In this document: one piece after another, positions 27,787-37,849 of the stretch
Numbering within the stretch: the stretch's first letter is position 1
Layout of the letters: each line of letters begins with the position of its first letter
Virus record (IMG/VR): IMGVR_UViG_3300026522_000022
Span: 32,001 to 96,000 of that record
Origin: a virus
Lineage: Duplodnaviria > Caudoviricetes
Length of the DNA: 64,000 bases
Direction: 5' to 3' (one strand)
The notes under the pieces: generated by a model
Database searches by the model: none
The model's input: the letters and a program-made list of their open reading frames with translations, nothing else
Told to the model about the DNA's origin: nothing
Translations under genes and position numbers: made by a program

Positions 27787-28863
27787 ATGGCAGGAGATAT
27801 GGCAACAGTGGGAAATATTTCACAAATACAAGTAGGAGCAGACTTCTATAATATTGTTGGCGGTTTGTTCTATGGGAAGGTAGATTCAACATCTACCTCT
27901 ACCGCATTTACTGCCACCATATCTAATTTAAAAACACCATCATTGTATGATGGTTTAACAATAGTATTAAAAAATGGTGTAGTAACCTCTGCCAGCGGAT
28001 TTACTATTAATGTAAATGGATTAGGAGCTAAACCAGTTTATAATAATATGGCAACTGGTAATGATATAACTCCAACAGCGCCAACAAGAGATACTATAAT
28101 ATTTAACATTAATTATACGATGATGTTTATTTATAATAGCACTTTAGTTGACGGTGGTGCTTGAATTTGTTATACCGGTGCAAACAAGTACACGCACCCC
28201 GCCTACACCGCTGCCACCGCAGCTGCTGTTAAAGTGGGTCGTGATGCAACTGGTCATGTAGTCATTGGTAATGCGCTGACCGCCTCTGATGTGGGAGCTT
28301 CTGCCACAGATCACACGCACGATGCCGGTGACATAACGAGTGGTACACTTAGCACAGCCCGCATCTCAAGTCTCTCAGCCAGCAAGATTACTTACGGCAC
28401 TATGTCGCAGCTTAGAGTACAACCTATCTACTATCAGGCACATGGGTCGGGCACTATAAATCTTACAGCGGGCACCTCCACGAAGGTAACGCTCGTAAGT
28501 GAGGGCGCGCTATCCAGCGGTTCGGGCTTAGCTATAGCCTCGGGCGGAATCAAAATAACAACAGCTGGGCGCTATAGAATCACAGCAAGCGCGTATGTAC
28601 AGAATGCAGACACCGCCGCATATGGTAGGGGCGTATACGTTTGCAAGGTAGCATCATCGGGTGCTTTTAGCGCTACCGCAGAAATTTTCTCGGCTGTTGA
28701 TGCCAGGGTGGGAGCGAGCAGTGGTGCGATTTGTTGCGGTCCCAAGATAGTAGAGTGCGCTGCCAATGATATTGTCTACCTCGCGGCCCGCTCGATAAAC
28801 GCGGCAGGAACCTGTTACCAAGACAATGTGAGCACTTATTTGCTTGTTGAACGGCTTAGCTAA
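27787..28863 (+). CDS. Tail fibre/receptor-binding protein with C1q-like C-terminal domain (358 aa, 1 TGA)
   Basis: ORFs 27787 and 28234 in one frame; YTHP and HTHDAGDITSGTL fibre motifs; distal half markedly GC-richer. Confidence 0.65.
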
Positions 28864-29101
28864 GAGGAAATAATGTATATCAACTTGATAGCGCTGGAAT
28901 CATTGAAGGAATATTTATCTGCATGGTGAGTATTAATATGCTCATTATAGTGCAAATACTATACGATTCTATTTTTTTATTCTTCTTATATATATTATAT
29001 ACATGATTTAAAAAATCATACAATAGATAAAACAAATATTAATAGAATTATAAAAAGAAGGAATTGTAAAATAATTCTTTTTAAGCAAGAAGGGGAAAAT
29101 T

Positions 29102-29371
29102 ATGCAAATTAATAAAGGTGATATTATATTAATATGCATCTTAATAGCAACTTTTTTAATTTTCGGTATAACCGAATATAATATTATAAATGGTTATGAA
29201 CAATTTGATAGTAGTGCTTGAACTGCTTTTATTGCAATCTTTGGTGGTGAATTATTAACATTTGCCTTATATAAAATTGGTAAAGCTAAGTATCAACCGA
29301 AAGATAACAATAAAGTTGTTGAAGATATTGAAGAAGAAGAAAGAGAAAAGGAGTTAGATGATAATGAGTAG
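29102..29371 (+). CDS. Two-TM membrane protein of the lysis cassette (89 aa, 1 TGA)
   Basis: Two hydrophobic segments and a charged tail; GAAGGGG RBS. Confidence 0.55.
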
Positions 29372-29633
29372 CAAATGGACTAGCCGCAAGTTTTGGATTT
29401 CTGTTGCAGCCTTTCTTGCCTCAATTGCGACAAGTATTTCTGGTTTTGCCGTCGCAAATAGTACAATTGCAACAGTAGGTATTGTTTGCGGCGTTATAGC
29501 GGCCGCAATTTACGCAGCTGCTGAAGCTTATGTAGATGGACAATCTATTTCTACTACTACAACTCAAAAGGTAATTACTGCTACTAGTGAATCAAAAGAT
29601 GTTGTTCAATCTGCTTTAATTGAACAAAAATAA
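29364..29633 (+). CDS. Holin
   Basis: MSSKWTSRKFW start with two TM helices, near the endolysin. Confidence 0.7.
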   Translation: MSSKWTSRKFWISVAAFLASIATSISGFAVANSTIATVGIVCGVIAAAIYAAAEAYVDGQSISTTTTQKVITATSESKDVVQSALIEQK

Positions 29634-29643
29634 AGGAGGAAGT

Positions 29644-30186
29644 ATGGCAATAGTACCAGCTCATACTCACAAAGCTTCTGATATTACTTCTGGGAGAATA
29701 TCAGATATTTATATTGAACCAACTATTTTACAATTACAAGGAAAAGGAACAAACATTAGCCTTTCTAATGGAAAAATGATAAATGTTCCTTTAGATCCTA
29801 ATTCTGCACTTCAAATTGGAAAATCGGTTTATCTTTTCCCTTATGCGGGAGGTATTCAAGTAGATACTTATGGTATTTATTTAATCTCAGCTTCCGCTTA
29901 TATTGAAGGCAGACAAGGTCAAACAGGTGCGGGCGTTTATGTCTTTTGTACTGATAATGCAAACTACTGGGGAAATGGTACAAAAGAAATCATGGGAACT
30001 TTAGCTGCCCGCAATGGCGCAATTTCTGGAAGTGTTAGTTGCGCAAGTAAATTAGTCCAACTAAACGCTGGGGATGTTATTTATTTAGTTGCTCGTTCTG
30101 TTGGAAGTAATTCAGTTTGTAGAGCAGATAATATGATGACTTTCTTACGCATAGAAAGGTTAAAGCACTTAAATTATAACCTTTAA
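29644..30186 (+). CDS. Stand-alone fibre tip / C1q-like domain protein (180 aa)
   Basis: AAGGAGG RBS before M at 29644; HTHKASDITSG motif; clear paralogue of the C-terminal domain at 28234-28863. Confidence 0.6.
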   Translation: MAIVPAHTHKASDITSGRISDIYIEPTILQLQGKGTNISLSNGKMINVPLDPNSALQIGKSVYLFPYAGGIQVDTYGIYLISASAYIEGRQGQTGAGVYVFCTDNANYWGNGTKEIMGTLAARNGAISGSVSCASKLVQLNAGDVIYLVARSVGSNSVCRADNMMTFLRIERLKHLNYNL

Positions 30187-30198
30187 GGAGTTAAACAT

Positions 30199-31182
30199 AT
30201 GACAAATTGTGCAAACGTAGCCGCGACTATCCATGCAAACATGTGTAATGATGCTGGATTTGGATATTCAATGGGCAACCGATGGGGTGGTGGCGCGACT
30301 CGTGTCTGAACAATTGACAATAAAAAATATGCAGTAACAGCCGGAGACTATGACTGTTCTTCTTCTTGTATTACCGCTTGAAGAAAGGCATTAGAAGGTA
30401 CTGCTTATGAAGGTACTTTGAAAAATGCTACTTATACTGGTAATATTCAAAAAGTGTTTGTCAACAGTGGATTATTTGAAGTAAAACCTTTATCATTCAT
30501 TGCACAGCGTGGAGATTTATATCTTTCCACAGGACACCATGTTGCTATGTGTCAAACCCAAACACCTGATATGTTAAGTGAATTTTCAATTAATGAAAAA
30601 GGTGGAGCTTACGGCGGACAACCAGGTGATCAAACTGGAAAAGAAGCATCTATACATGGATACTATAATTATCCATGAGGATGCATCATTCATTATAACG
30701 GAAAAGCTGATACGGTGCAGCCCGCGCCAGCTCCGCAAAAACCTTTAGGATATAGCACAAAACTTTATCAAAGTAATAATACGCCAGCGCAGCAATTTAC
30801 GATTGAAAAAGTCGATAATAATTATGTTGCATTAAAAAATATTGAGCGTAATATGTATTTAGATGTTAAAAATGGGGCTAAAGCAGATCATACTCCTGTT
30901 CGAGTATGAGAAGGTAAAAAAACATTAGCACAACAATGAAAATTAATTGAAATTAAAACAGATAAAGCTATTCTTTATGAATTCGAACCAAAATGTGCAC
31001 CGGGTATGCGCTTAGACGCTATACAAGGTGGTACTGTTAATAAAACGGGTCTGCAAATTCATCCTAAAAATGGGACTGCCGCACAAAGATGGCAGTTTAT
31101 TGATAGTGGTGACGGAATTTATAGAATTGCAAGTTCAAAATCAGGGTTAATGATTGACGCAGGAGCAGGTGTACAACCATAA
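30199..31182 (+). CDS. Endolysin: NlpC/P60-like Cys-His peptidase plus RICIN-type (QxW) binding domain (327 aa, 5 TGA)
   Basis: GDYDCSSSC...GHHVAM catalytic motifs, Pro-rich linker, AQQF/AQQ(W)/AQRW repeats. Confidence 0.8.
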
Positions 31183-31192
31183 ACTTTCTTAA

Positions 31193-31231
31193 AAAAATAA
31201 AGGGCGCTCACCGGAGCGCCCTTATTTTTTT
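31193..31231. terminator. Bidirectional intrinsic terminator between the convergent blocks
   Basis: aaaaataaagggcgctc-accg-gagcgcccttatttttt. Confidence 0.85.
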
Positions 31232-31233
31232 GT

Positions 31234-31725
31234 TTAAAAAGCAGACATTTTTTTATTTTTTTCTACTAATCCCGCAAGACCTATACAAATTGCATCACAT
31301 TCATCTTCTGTTGCTTCAACACTAAACTTTTGCCGCACTAATTCTTGTGCGGCCTTTTTTTGTTCTGCACGAACTTTTCCAAAATTAATTTTATATTTTT
31401 CTTTTAAAATACTTCTTCAATGACTAGGCGATAAAATACTAAATTTATGTTCAGTATTATAACATCATATCATAATTGTGGCTTGGACATAAGCTAATTT
31501 TTTATAAGTTTCTTTATTTTGTTGAGCTTGTATATCTTCAAAAAATACATTATCAAAATTAAATTCTTCTTCAATCAAAGATAATCTTTGCATTAAAGTT
31601 GATAATCTTTGTTCTATTGGTTTATTAGCGGGGATTGTAAAATGACCATGACCTATTAGTTTAGAATTTTCAAATACAGCTCATCCTGTAGTTTGTAGAG
31701 CTTGATCTAAAGCTAAATAAATCAT
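31234..31725 (-). CDS. ruvC: RuvC-like Holliday junction resolvase (163 aa); TGA=Trp
   Basis: MIYLALDQALQTTG(W)AVF...VFFEDIQ...TEDECDAICIG RNase H-fold motifs; absent from the track because of TGA. Confidence 0.75.
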
Positions 31726-31727
31726 AA

Positions 31728-32279
31728 TTAATCTCCCGTACTGCCAAAACCACCCCTACTATTTGTTCCAAGAGAAGAAACAGTGGTAAATTTAATGTTA
31801 GGTTGGCGCTGTTGAATCCTAAATTGACAAAGTCGAGTATGCGCAGGGATAATTACATCCCTTGTAGCATATGCGGGAAAGGCTCAAATATCATCGTCTC
31901 CGCAATAACTATTATCAATAATTCCGATACTATTAGTTTGAAGAACTCCCCATTTCTTAAAAGTAGAACTGCGGGGTGCAATAATAGCTTCAAAACCTTG
32001 CGGTAGCTCCATTGCTACACCTAAAGAAATATATTCACGCTCGCCCGCATATAACTCAACTTCTTCATAAGTATATAAATCAATCCAATCGCCTTGCTCA
32101 ATTTTTTGAAGTTCTGGCATACCGTCTAAATATCTAACTTTAATTTCAAAAGTTGGATTGAAAAGTTCCATTAACTGTTCTTCAGTCATCACTTGCGGCA
32201 TTCCACCGCCAATTGGCACACCCATAGACAAATCTACTGGCGGCGCATTAAAATCATTTGGCATTATTAAAGAACTCAT
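31728..32279 (-). CDS. dut: dUTPase (1 TGA)
   Basis: GDWIDL, IAPRSS, GIIDNSYCG motifs; C-terminal RGGFGSTG is reached only by TGA read-through. Confidence 0.9.
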
Positions 32280-32554
32280 TAGAATTGCTCGCCTACCTTA
32301 TAAAAATCATAACTAATCTTATTATAAGCATCTACAGGCTCTTTCGCATCATTAAATACAAAAGTCCATTTACAAATCATCCACTCTTCAATAATCTCGC
32401 CCTTAGACTTTCTATCCTTATGAGTTTCAGACCACGCAGCAAGAGTGTATCCATTATCTTGAGCTTCCTGTTCTAGCTCCTTATGAAGCTCATCAGCCTC
32501 TTCCTTAGTAGCAACACGAACTTCATTTGTAGACTTAATTAGAAACTTAATCAT
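32279..32554 (-). CDS. Hypothetical protein (91 aa)
   Basis: AGGAG RBS, coupled to dut. Confidence 0.7.
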   Translation of the reverse strand: MIKFLIKSTNEVRVATKEEADELHKELEQEAQDNGYTLAAWSETHKDRKSKGEIIEEWMICKWTFVFNDAKEPVDAYNKISYDFYKVGEQF

Positions 32555-32556
32555 AT

Positions 32557-32805
32557 TTATTCTCCTAAAGTAACTTGAATATCGAAAAAATGGTCTTGAA
32601 TTTTCTCTACTACATGACCCGCATAATTACTAGGCCCCATAACGATAATTTCATCTATCTGATTAATATCAGGAAGTTTTCTTAAAGTTGGGATAATTTC
32701 ATCAAACCAAACATTTTCTTGGTATAATGGTTCTTCTTGTTCTAAATTTTCATATACTTGAATTGTTACTGCTGTAACAGGATACGCTCAAACTATTGTT
32801 TTCAA
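32557..32805 (-). CDS. Hypothetical protein (82 aa, TTG start, 1 TGA)
   Basis: AAGGAGG RBS; open frame under code 4. Confidence 0.6.
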
Positions 32806-32850
32806 CTAAACCTCCTTCTCATTTTTTATACAGCTATATTGCTTATATCA

Positions 32851-33243
32851 TTAAGCTTCTACAACCATTCAGTCTGCGTCAAATAACATAAACATGTAGA
32901 CTTGGCGTTCTTCATCGCGTTCCCGCACCCAACACTGATAAACGTTCTCACCATGAATAAAATCAAATCCCATAATATCGCCGCGCTCTTCAAGAACTTC
33001 TTTTAGCTCTTGGATTGCATTTGCATAATTGAAGTCATTGATATGGATTAAAGTATAGTCAGAACGTTCCTTACACAATAGCATAAAATATTTGGCATTA
33101 GGTTTAGAAGAAAATCATGCTCCAATATTAACTAGTTCTGTATCAATCTTAGCTTTGCTTGGCGGACTCATTTGCTTAAAAAGTTGCTGATTCATTTCAT
33201 ATAAAGAACCAACCTGTACTCTATTAATTGGTTTATGTGACAT
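32851..33243 (-). CDS. Hypothetical protein (130 aa, 2 TGA)
   Basis: Follows the promoter at 33281; extends track ORF 32869-33084. Confidence 0.65.
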
Positions 33244-33280
33244 TATCTATATATCCTTCCTATCTTTACGTTGCATATAT

Positions 33281-33309
33281 ATTATATCAGAAAAAACTTT
33301 TTTTGTCAA
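33281..33309 (-). promoter_or_regulatory. Sigma70/SigA-type promoter
   Basis: TTGACA-17 nt-TATAAT with extended -10 TG. Confidence 0.8.
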
Positions 33310-33313
33310 AAAG

Positions 33314-33345
33314 AAAAACGGGGAGTAAATTACTCCCCGTTATTT
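33314..33345 (-). terminator. Intrinsic terminator after nrdG
   Basis: aacggggagtaa-a-ttactccccgtt with a T-tract on the - strand. Confidence 0.7.
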
Positions 33346-33854
33346 AGTTCTATAATTTCTTGGTTGCGACTTCCTTTAAAAGCAAGACTTCTATCTTTTT
33401 CTTCTTCAACAAAAGGACCCGCAACTAAAATATTTACTTTTTCTAGGATGGATTCTAATAGGTATGCATCGTTAAATTTAGGCCATTTAATGCGCCATTC
33501 ATCTATTAATTGCATTAAGAAACTATATTCATAACCTGTATATAACCAAATCTGTAATTTAGGAAATTTCTTTTTTACGTCAATTAGTAAATTATTTAAC
33601 CCTTCCCAATTACAACGCTCTAATGGTTCTCCGCCCAAGACACTAAACCTATGAACATATGGTTTTTCCAATAGAGAGAATAAAGTTTCTTTTGCGGCAA
33701 GGTCAAATTCTTGTCCACCTTTAAAATCCCAAGTTTCGGAATTAAAGCAGCCCTTGCAATGCAAAGACTGTTAAGAACACCCTTGCACAAACAAAGAAAC
33801 GCCAATATTGTAACCATTAACATACTCACATCTTTGAATACAAGAGTATCTCAT
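33330..33854 (-). CDS. nrdG: Anaerobic RNR activase (radical SAM), interrupted by an in-frame 9-nt insert containing TAA at 33771-33773
   Basis: MRYSCIQRCEYVNGYNIGVSLFVQGCS*QSLHCKGCFNSETWDF...GGEP...WLYTGY...GSRNQ; GAGGTG RBS. Confidence 0.85.
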
Positions 33855-33965
33855 CTACATCACCTCACTTTCTGTTACCAGAAAGCAAGATGTTTCTGGA
33901 AGCAAGTTTCTTGTTTTAGTAATTGGCGGATATTTTTTACCTGTCATATCAATTAATTTTGGCAT
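33855..33965 (-). pseudogene. Short relic of a free-standing homing endonuclease gene (36 aa)
   Basis: MPKLIDMTGKKY resembles the N-terminus of the endonuclease at 62420-63211 (IEDITGQVF), then degenerates. Confidence 0.4.
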
Positions 33966-33971
33966 ATTGAC

Positions 33972-35319
33972 CTACTCATGTTTTGTACGCATTTCAACTT
34001 CTTGCTGTTTACCTTTATTAAAGGCAGTGGTGTACGACCCTGTTAAATACCCCGTAACTCTGCGAAGTTTTTGAATATTGTGGCTGCCGCACATAGGGCA
34101 CTCTTCATCAAATTCATCACAATATCCACAATCTAAGCAGGTATCATTTGGTACATTGACTGCGAAATAAGGAATATCTTTATCCATAGCATAATTAACA
34201 ATATTTTCTAATGCATCAATATTATGTTTAACCGTTGACTCTAATTCAACGTATGTAATACATCCTGCACTGCTATAACCAGTTAATTGAGATTCAAGGT
34301 CAATTTTCTCAAAAGGTGTAACTTTCTTCCATACAGGAACATGGATACTATTTGTAAAGAACTCCTTATCGCTTACATTAGCAATAACCCCATATTTCTT
34401 TTTAAATTTTTGCATTGCAGTATAGCAAAGATTTTCTGCAGGAGTATAATAAACACCAAAATTTAATTTGTACTCTTCTTTAAATTCTGCACATCTATCT
34501 TTAAACAATTGTTCAATCTTTTTTGCTAATTCCATTCCTCTTGGGTCGGTGTGGTCGCATCCAATTAGAATTTGTAAAGTTTCTGCCAAACCTAACTGCA
34601 TTTTATACCCTCGGTTTCCCGATATTTTAAAGGGTTTAGACTATACCATAAATTATAACATAATTTTTACAAAAATCAAATTGTTTAATTTCGCCCATTA
34701 TAGTCGTTGAACGTTTCTCTGTTCTAGAGACTTCGCTGCGTCTGGTTGCCCAATCCTTAACGATTTTACCTTACCTTGGTCGCTAACCTTGCCACTAATA
34801 TATCCCTATATTAGCTTGGTTGTTAAGGCTCTAAGGGCGTTCCCGCAATTTAGAGCGTTTAATGTGGGCCAGTGTTAGGTTTTAACCCACAGCAAGAGTT
34901 CCATGCTTAAGGGCAGAACGGATTCCTTCTTCTGGGACATAACCAGCCATTACATTATTTTCATACATGAATGAAGCTGATTTAGGGTCTTGGCTACAAA
35001 TCCACTCAAAGCGTTCAATTAACATATCTTTCGCTTCGTGAATTTTAGTATCCAATAGTTCAAAGAACTTATCAATATCTCCCCTAGCCTCCATTGCTAA
35101 AGTGGGGAGAATAATAGTTACAGGACAGATGTTACCCCTACCGTCTTTTTGAGCTGCTGAAATGTAATTATCATATAGATGTCCTGTTTCTATTACCGAT
35201 TGAACGTTCGCTTGATAGGAATCGAATGCATTTACATCTGCTCCGTTCTGTGTCCTGCATCCCATGGTCGAGAACAGTTCTACTGGGGTTTCAGCTTGTT
35301 TAATTCTTATTTTTTTCAT
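33972..35319 (-). CDS. nrdD: Class III RNR, C-terminal fragment; exons 35319-34885 and 34598-33972 (~353 aa)
   Basis: FSTMGCRT; splicing gives GTLAVG|QLGLAETL; CxxC...CPxC and RRVTGYL glycyl-radical motif. Confidence 0.88.
34599..34884 (-). mobile_element. Group I intron 3 of nrdD (286 nt, no ORF)
   Basis: 5' exon GTGGGT pairs with intron GCCCAC (P1, U-G at the splice site); terminal G; GACTAT/ATAGTC core; splicing restores frame and motif. Confidence 0.88.
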
Positions 35320-35320
35320 A

Positions 35321-37777
35321 TTAAGCATCCTCTTCATATATTTCAAGCATTAAAATATTTTGTAATTCTGGGTTTTCTTCTAATTTTGCAATTAAAATAT
35401 TATATTGTTCTTCTGTTAAAGAATTTATATATTCTTCTTTTTGTTTCCTATCATAATCAATTCAATCTTTTTGCATTTTAACATCGCAATTAGCATAATT
35501 GGGATATAATCTTTGAGAAGTAGACTTTAAAGCCAATCTATAAAGGTCATAGTTCGGATCACCTGGTTCACGATTAACACCTTTCATGCATTGGAAGATA
35601 CCACACATTTATACCGTTGTTTTCACAATACTTTAACGCTTATTTAAAAGCCGGATTAGACTATATCATTACTATTATAATATTTTTATAATAGCACAGG
35701 GCACTTCGAAATTATATTGCTATAATTCTACTCCATATAGGATAGTCGTTTGACCTTATAATATTTCTTTAAAATAATAACCATTAATTGATTGTCCGTC
35801 TTGAACTCTTCTCCATAGAGTTGTAAGACTAATATTATATGCTTTTGCAGCTTTAGTTATAGAAGGAAAATTTTCAATATATTGATTGCTTTTATTATAA
35901 ACAGCAATATCATGTCCTTCTTTATCTCCAATTTTTTTGTTCCTATCATTATAATTATTATTATAAGATACGGTACACCATTCAAGATTTTCAACCCTGT
36001 TATTCGCAGGATTTTCATCTTTGTGATTTATAATTTGATAATTATTTGGATTAGGAATAAATGCTTCTGCTACTAATCTATGAATAAAAACACGTTTTTT
36101 CTTTCCAGCTTCCGATAATACTACTCTTAAATGACCGTCCGCTGTTACTTCTGGTTTTAATATCTTTTCTTTATAATGTCTAATCCCTGTTTTTGTTTTA
36201 ACGTTTCTTTCATTTGCTTTAACGTTTCCTAAATTACTAACAGAATATAAGTTATTATAAATTTTTATCCATTGTTCTTTCAATATGCTTGTCCCTCCTT
36301 TCTTGGAGATTTTTTAAAGAAATATTATCTTGGCACAGGATTGTCATGCTTTAAGAATAATAAAGTTTAGAGTTTCCCTGTTAGCAAAAGTATCTCAATA
36401 GTCATTTCCTACTATATTTTACTTTCACACCCGTCTCTGACGGTTCACCCTGTTTTAATTCCCCAGTGGTTATATTTTAGGGAAAATGCTAGTTTTATGA
36501 AGCTTACCAAGACCTTCAATGCTTACTTCAAGAAGTGCCTTTGTAACTAAACGACCTTCTGGTTCTGTGCAAGTACCATAGTTAATTGAAGTGAACGGTC
36601 AAATCTGTTATCGCAAAGGCTTTTTGTCCTTTGCTTCTTATAGTTTCCTATAAGTTCAGCATATATTTTCACCTTCGCCATTGCGCGTTAAGGGCGGACA
36701 CTCGTGGACGAATTATATTTATTCATCGTCTATGCGTTACGGTTCTTAATAGCCTTTCGCAATCTATTAAGTTACCTCGGGGTTAACATATCTAATGACT
36801 TAGTCCTTCCCCGATTTTGCCCGGATTTTCATAAGTATCTCTACTTAAGCAGCCACTCTTTCTAGCTGATTACCACTACGACTTTGAAGAGTATTTAAGT
36901 TATGATACATGCCTTCAACAGCTTGACGAGTTTCTTTCTCCGTCATATCAACAGCATATTTGTATGCGGCTGGATGCATTTTATATTTTTCATCCATAAC
37001 AGACATGGTATTATTTACATCTGCTTCGAGCCCAGCTTCACAATATTTCATACCATCTAAAAAGTGCTTATAGAAGCTCTTGCGGACGTAAGGAACCATT
37101 GTTCAATCAAGATGTGTAGCTGCAACTCCGCCAAACTGTTGTAGAGACTGAAGCTGAAAAATAACAGCCACAAGCTGCATAGCTGTATTGATACTATTAG
37201 CAGGCCGCACATCTGTTTGTCTAGTATTAAAACCATTAGCAAGCAAATCATCAAATGGGATAGAAAGACAATTGTGTGCGCCAATCGCATATGAGTCCAA
37301 GTCGTGAATGTAAATTTCATTATTTATATGGTTTTCTCTAGACATTTTAGACACAAGATGGTCAAGAGCATATTGCTTCATAACTACATTATTAGCCTCA
37401 CCCCTGCGGCCACCGAAAGAATATTCATCAACATTGGCATTTTGATTTTGGACGTTTGAAGCTAAAAGTTTTTCTTTAATTGCTTCTTCTGTCTTTTTCT
37501 TTCTAGCAAGTTCATGGTCATATCTATATCTAATATAAGCTTTGGCTTCATCAATATAGCCATTGTTAATTAAACAATCTTCAACTATATCTTGAATTTC
37601 TTCAACTGACACATTTTTCTTATGTAATTTTTTAATAGCTGTTTCAATATCATTTAATACTACCGCATCATCAAATTCTTTTCCTAGTTCTGTAAATGCG
37701 CCAGATATAGCAATAGAGATTTTTTCTAGGTTATATTTTACCTTAGTACCATCTCGTTTAACTACTTTTATTCGCAT
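35321..37777 (-). CDS. nrdD: Class III RNR, N-terminal fragment with ATP cone; exons 37777-36864, 36599-36479, 35605-35321 (~439 aa, 2 TGA)
   Basis: MRIKVVKRDG ATP cone, IYIHDLD, HNCL, HLD(W)TMVPY; splices give SGNQL|PFTSINYG and SIFP|CGIFQ; RLYPNYAN. Confidence 0.88.
35606..36478 (-). mobile_element. Group I intron 2 of nrdD (873 nt) carrying an HNH endonuclease
   Basis: P1 TTCCCT/GGGGAA; terminal G; splicing restores IFPCGIFQ. Confidence 0.88.
35756..36283 (-). CDS. Intron-encoded NUMOD4-HNH homing endonuclease with NUMOD1-like C-terminus
   Basis: W..I...YSVSNLGNV, HRLVAEAFIPNP, INHKDENPANNRVENLEWCT. Confidence 0.9.
   Translation of the reverse strand: MKEQWIKIYNNLYSVSNLGNVKANERNVKTKTGIRHYKEKILKPEVTADGHLRVVLSEAGKKKRVFIHRLVAEAFIPNPNNYQIINHKDENPANNRVENLEWCTVSYNNNYNDRNKKIGDKEGHDIAVYNKSNQYIENFPSITKAAKAYNISLTTLWRRVQDGQSINGYYFKEIL
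36600..36863 (-). mobile_element. Group I intron 1 of nrdD (264 nt, no ORF)
   Basis: P1 CAGCT/GGCTG; terminal G; splice CT|A restores GNQLPFTS. Confidence 0.85.
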
Positions 37778-37849
37778 ATATCACGCTCCATCTATACTAT
37801 ATTTTGATATTTTTCTATAATATATTATTTGAAAGCCACAAAATATAGA

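Noticed and set aside
28234-30186. Diversity-generating retroelement (TR/VR) between the paralogous fibre tips
   Set aside because: Similarity is at protein level only, with no near-identical repeat showing A-specific mismatches and no reverse transcriptase in the window.
2-31182. Reading the fragmented ORFs as pseudogenes of a decayed prophage
   Set aside because: The breaks examined are TGA only, frames are preserved over kilobases, and RBS and gene coupling are intact.
35290-35490. Split intein at the nrdD break
   Set aside because: No intein block motifs or terminal His-Asn, and the second chain reaches NrdD sequence within about 12 residues.
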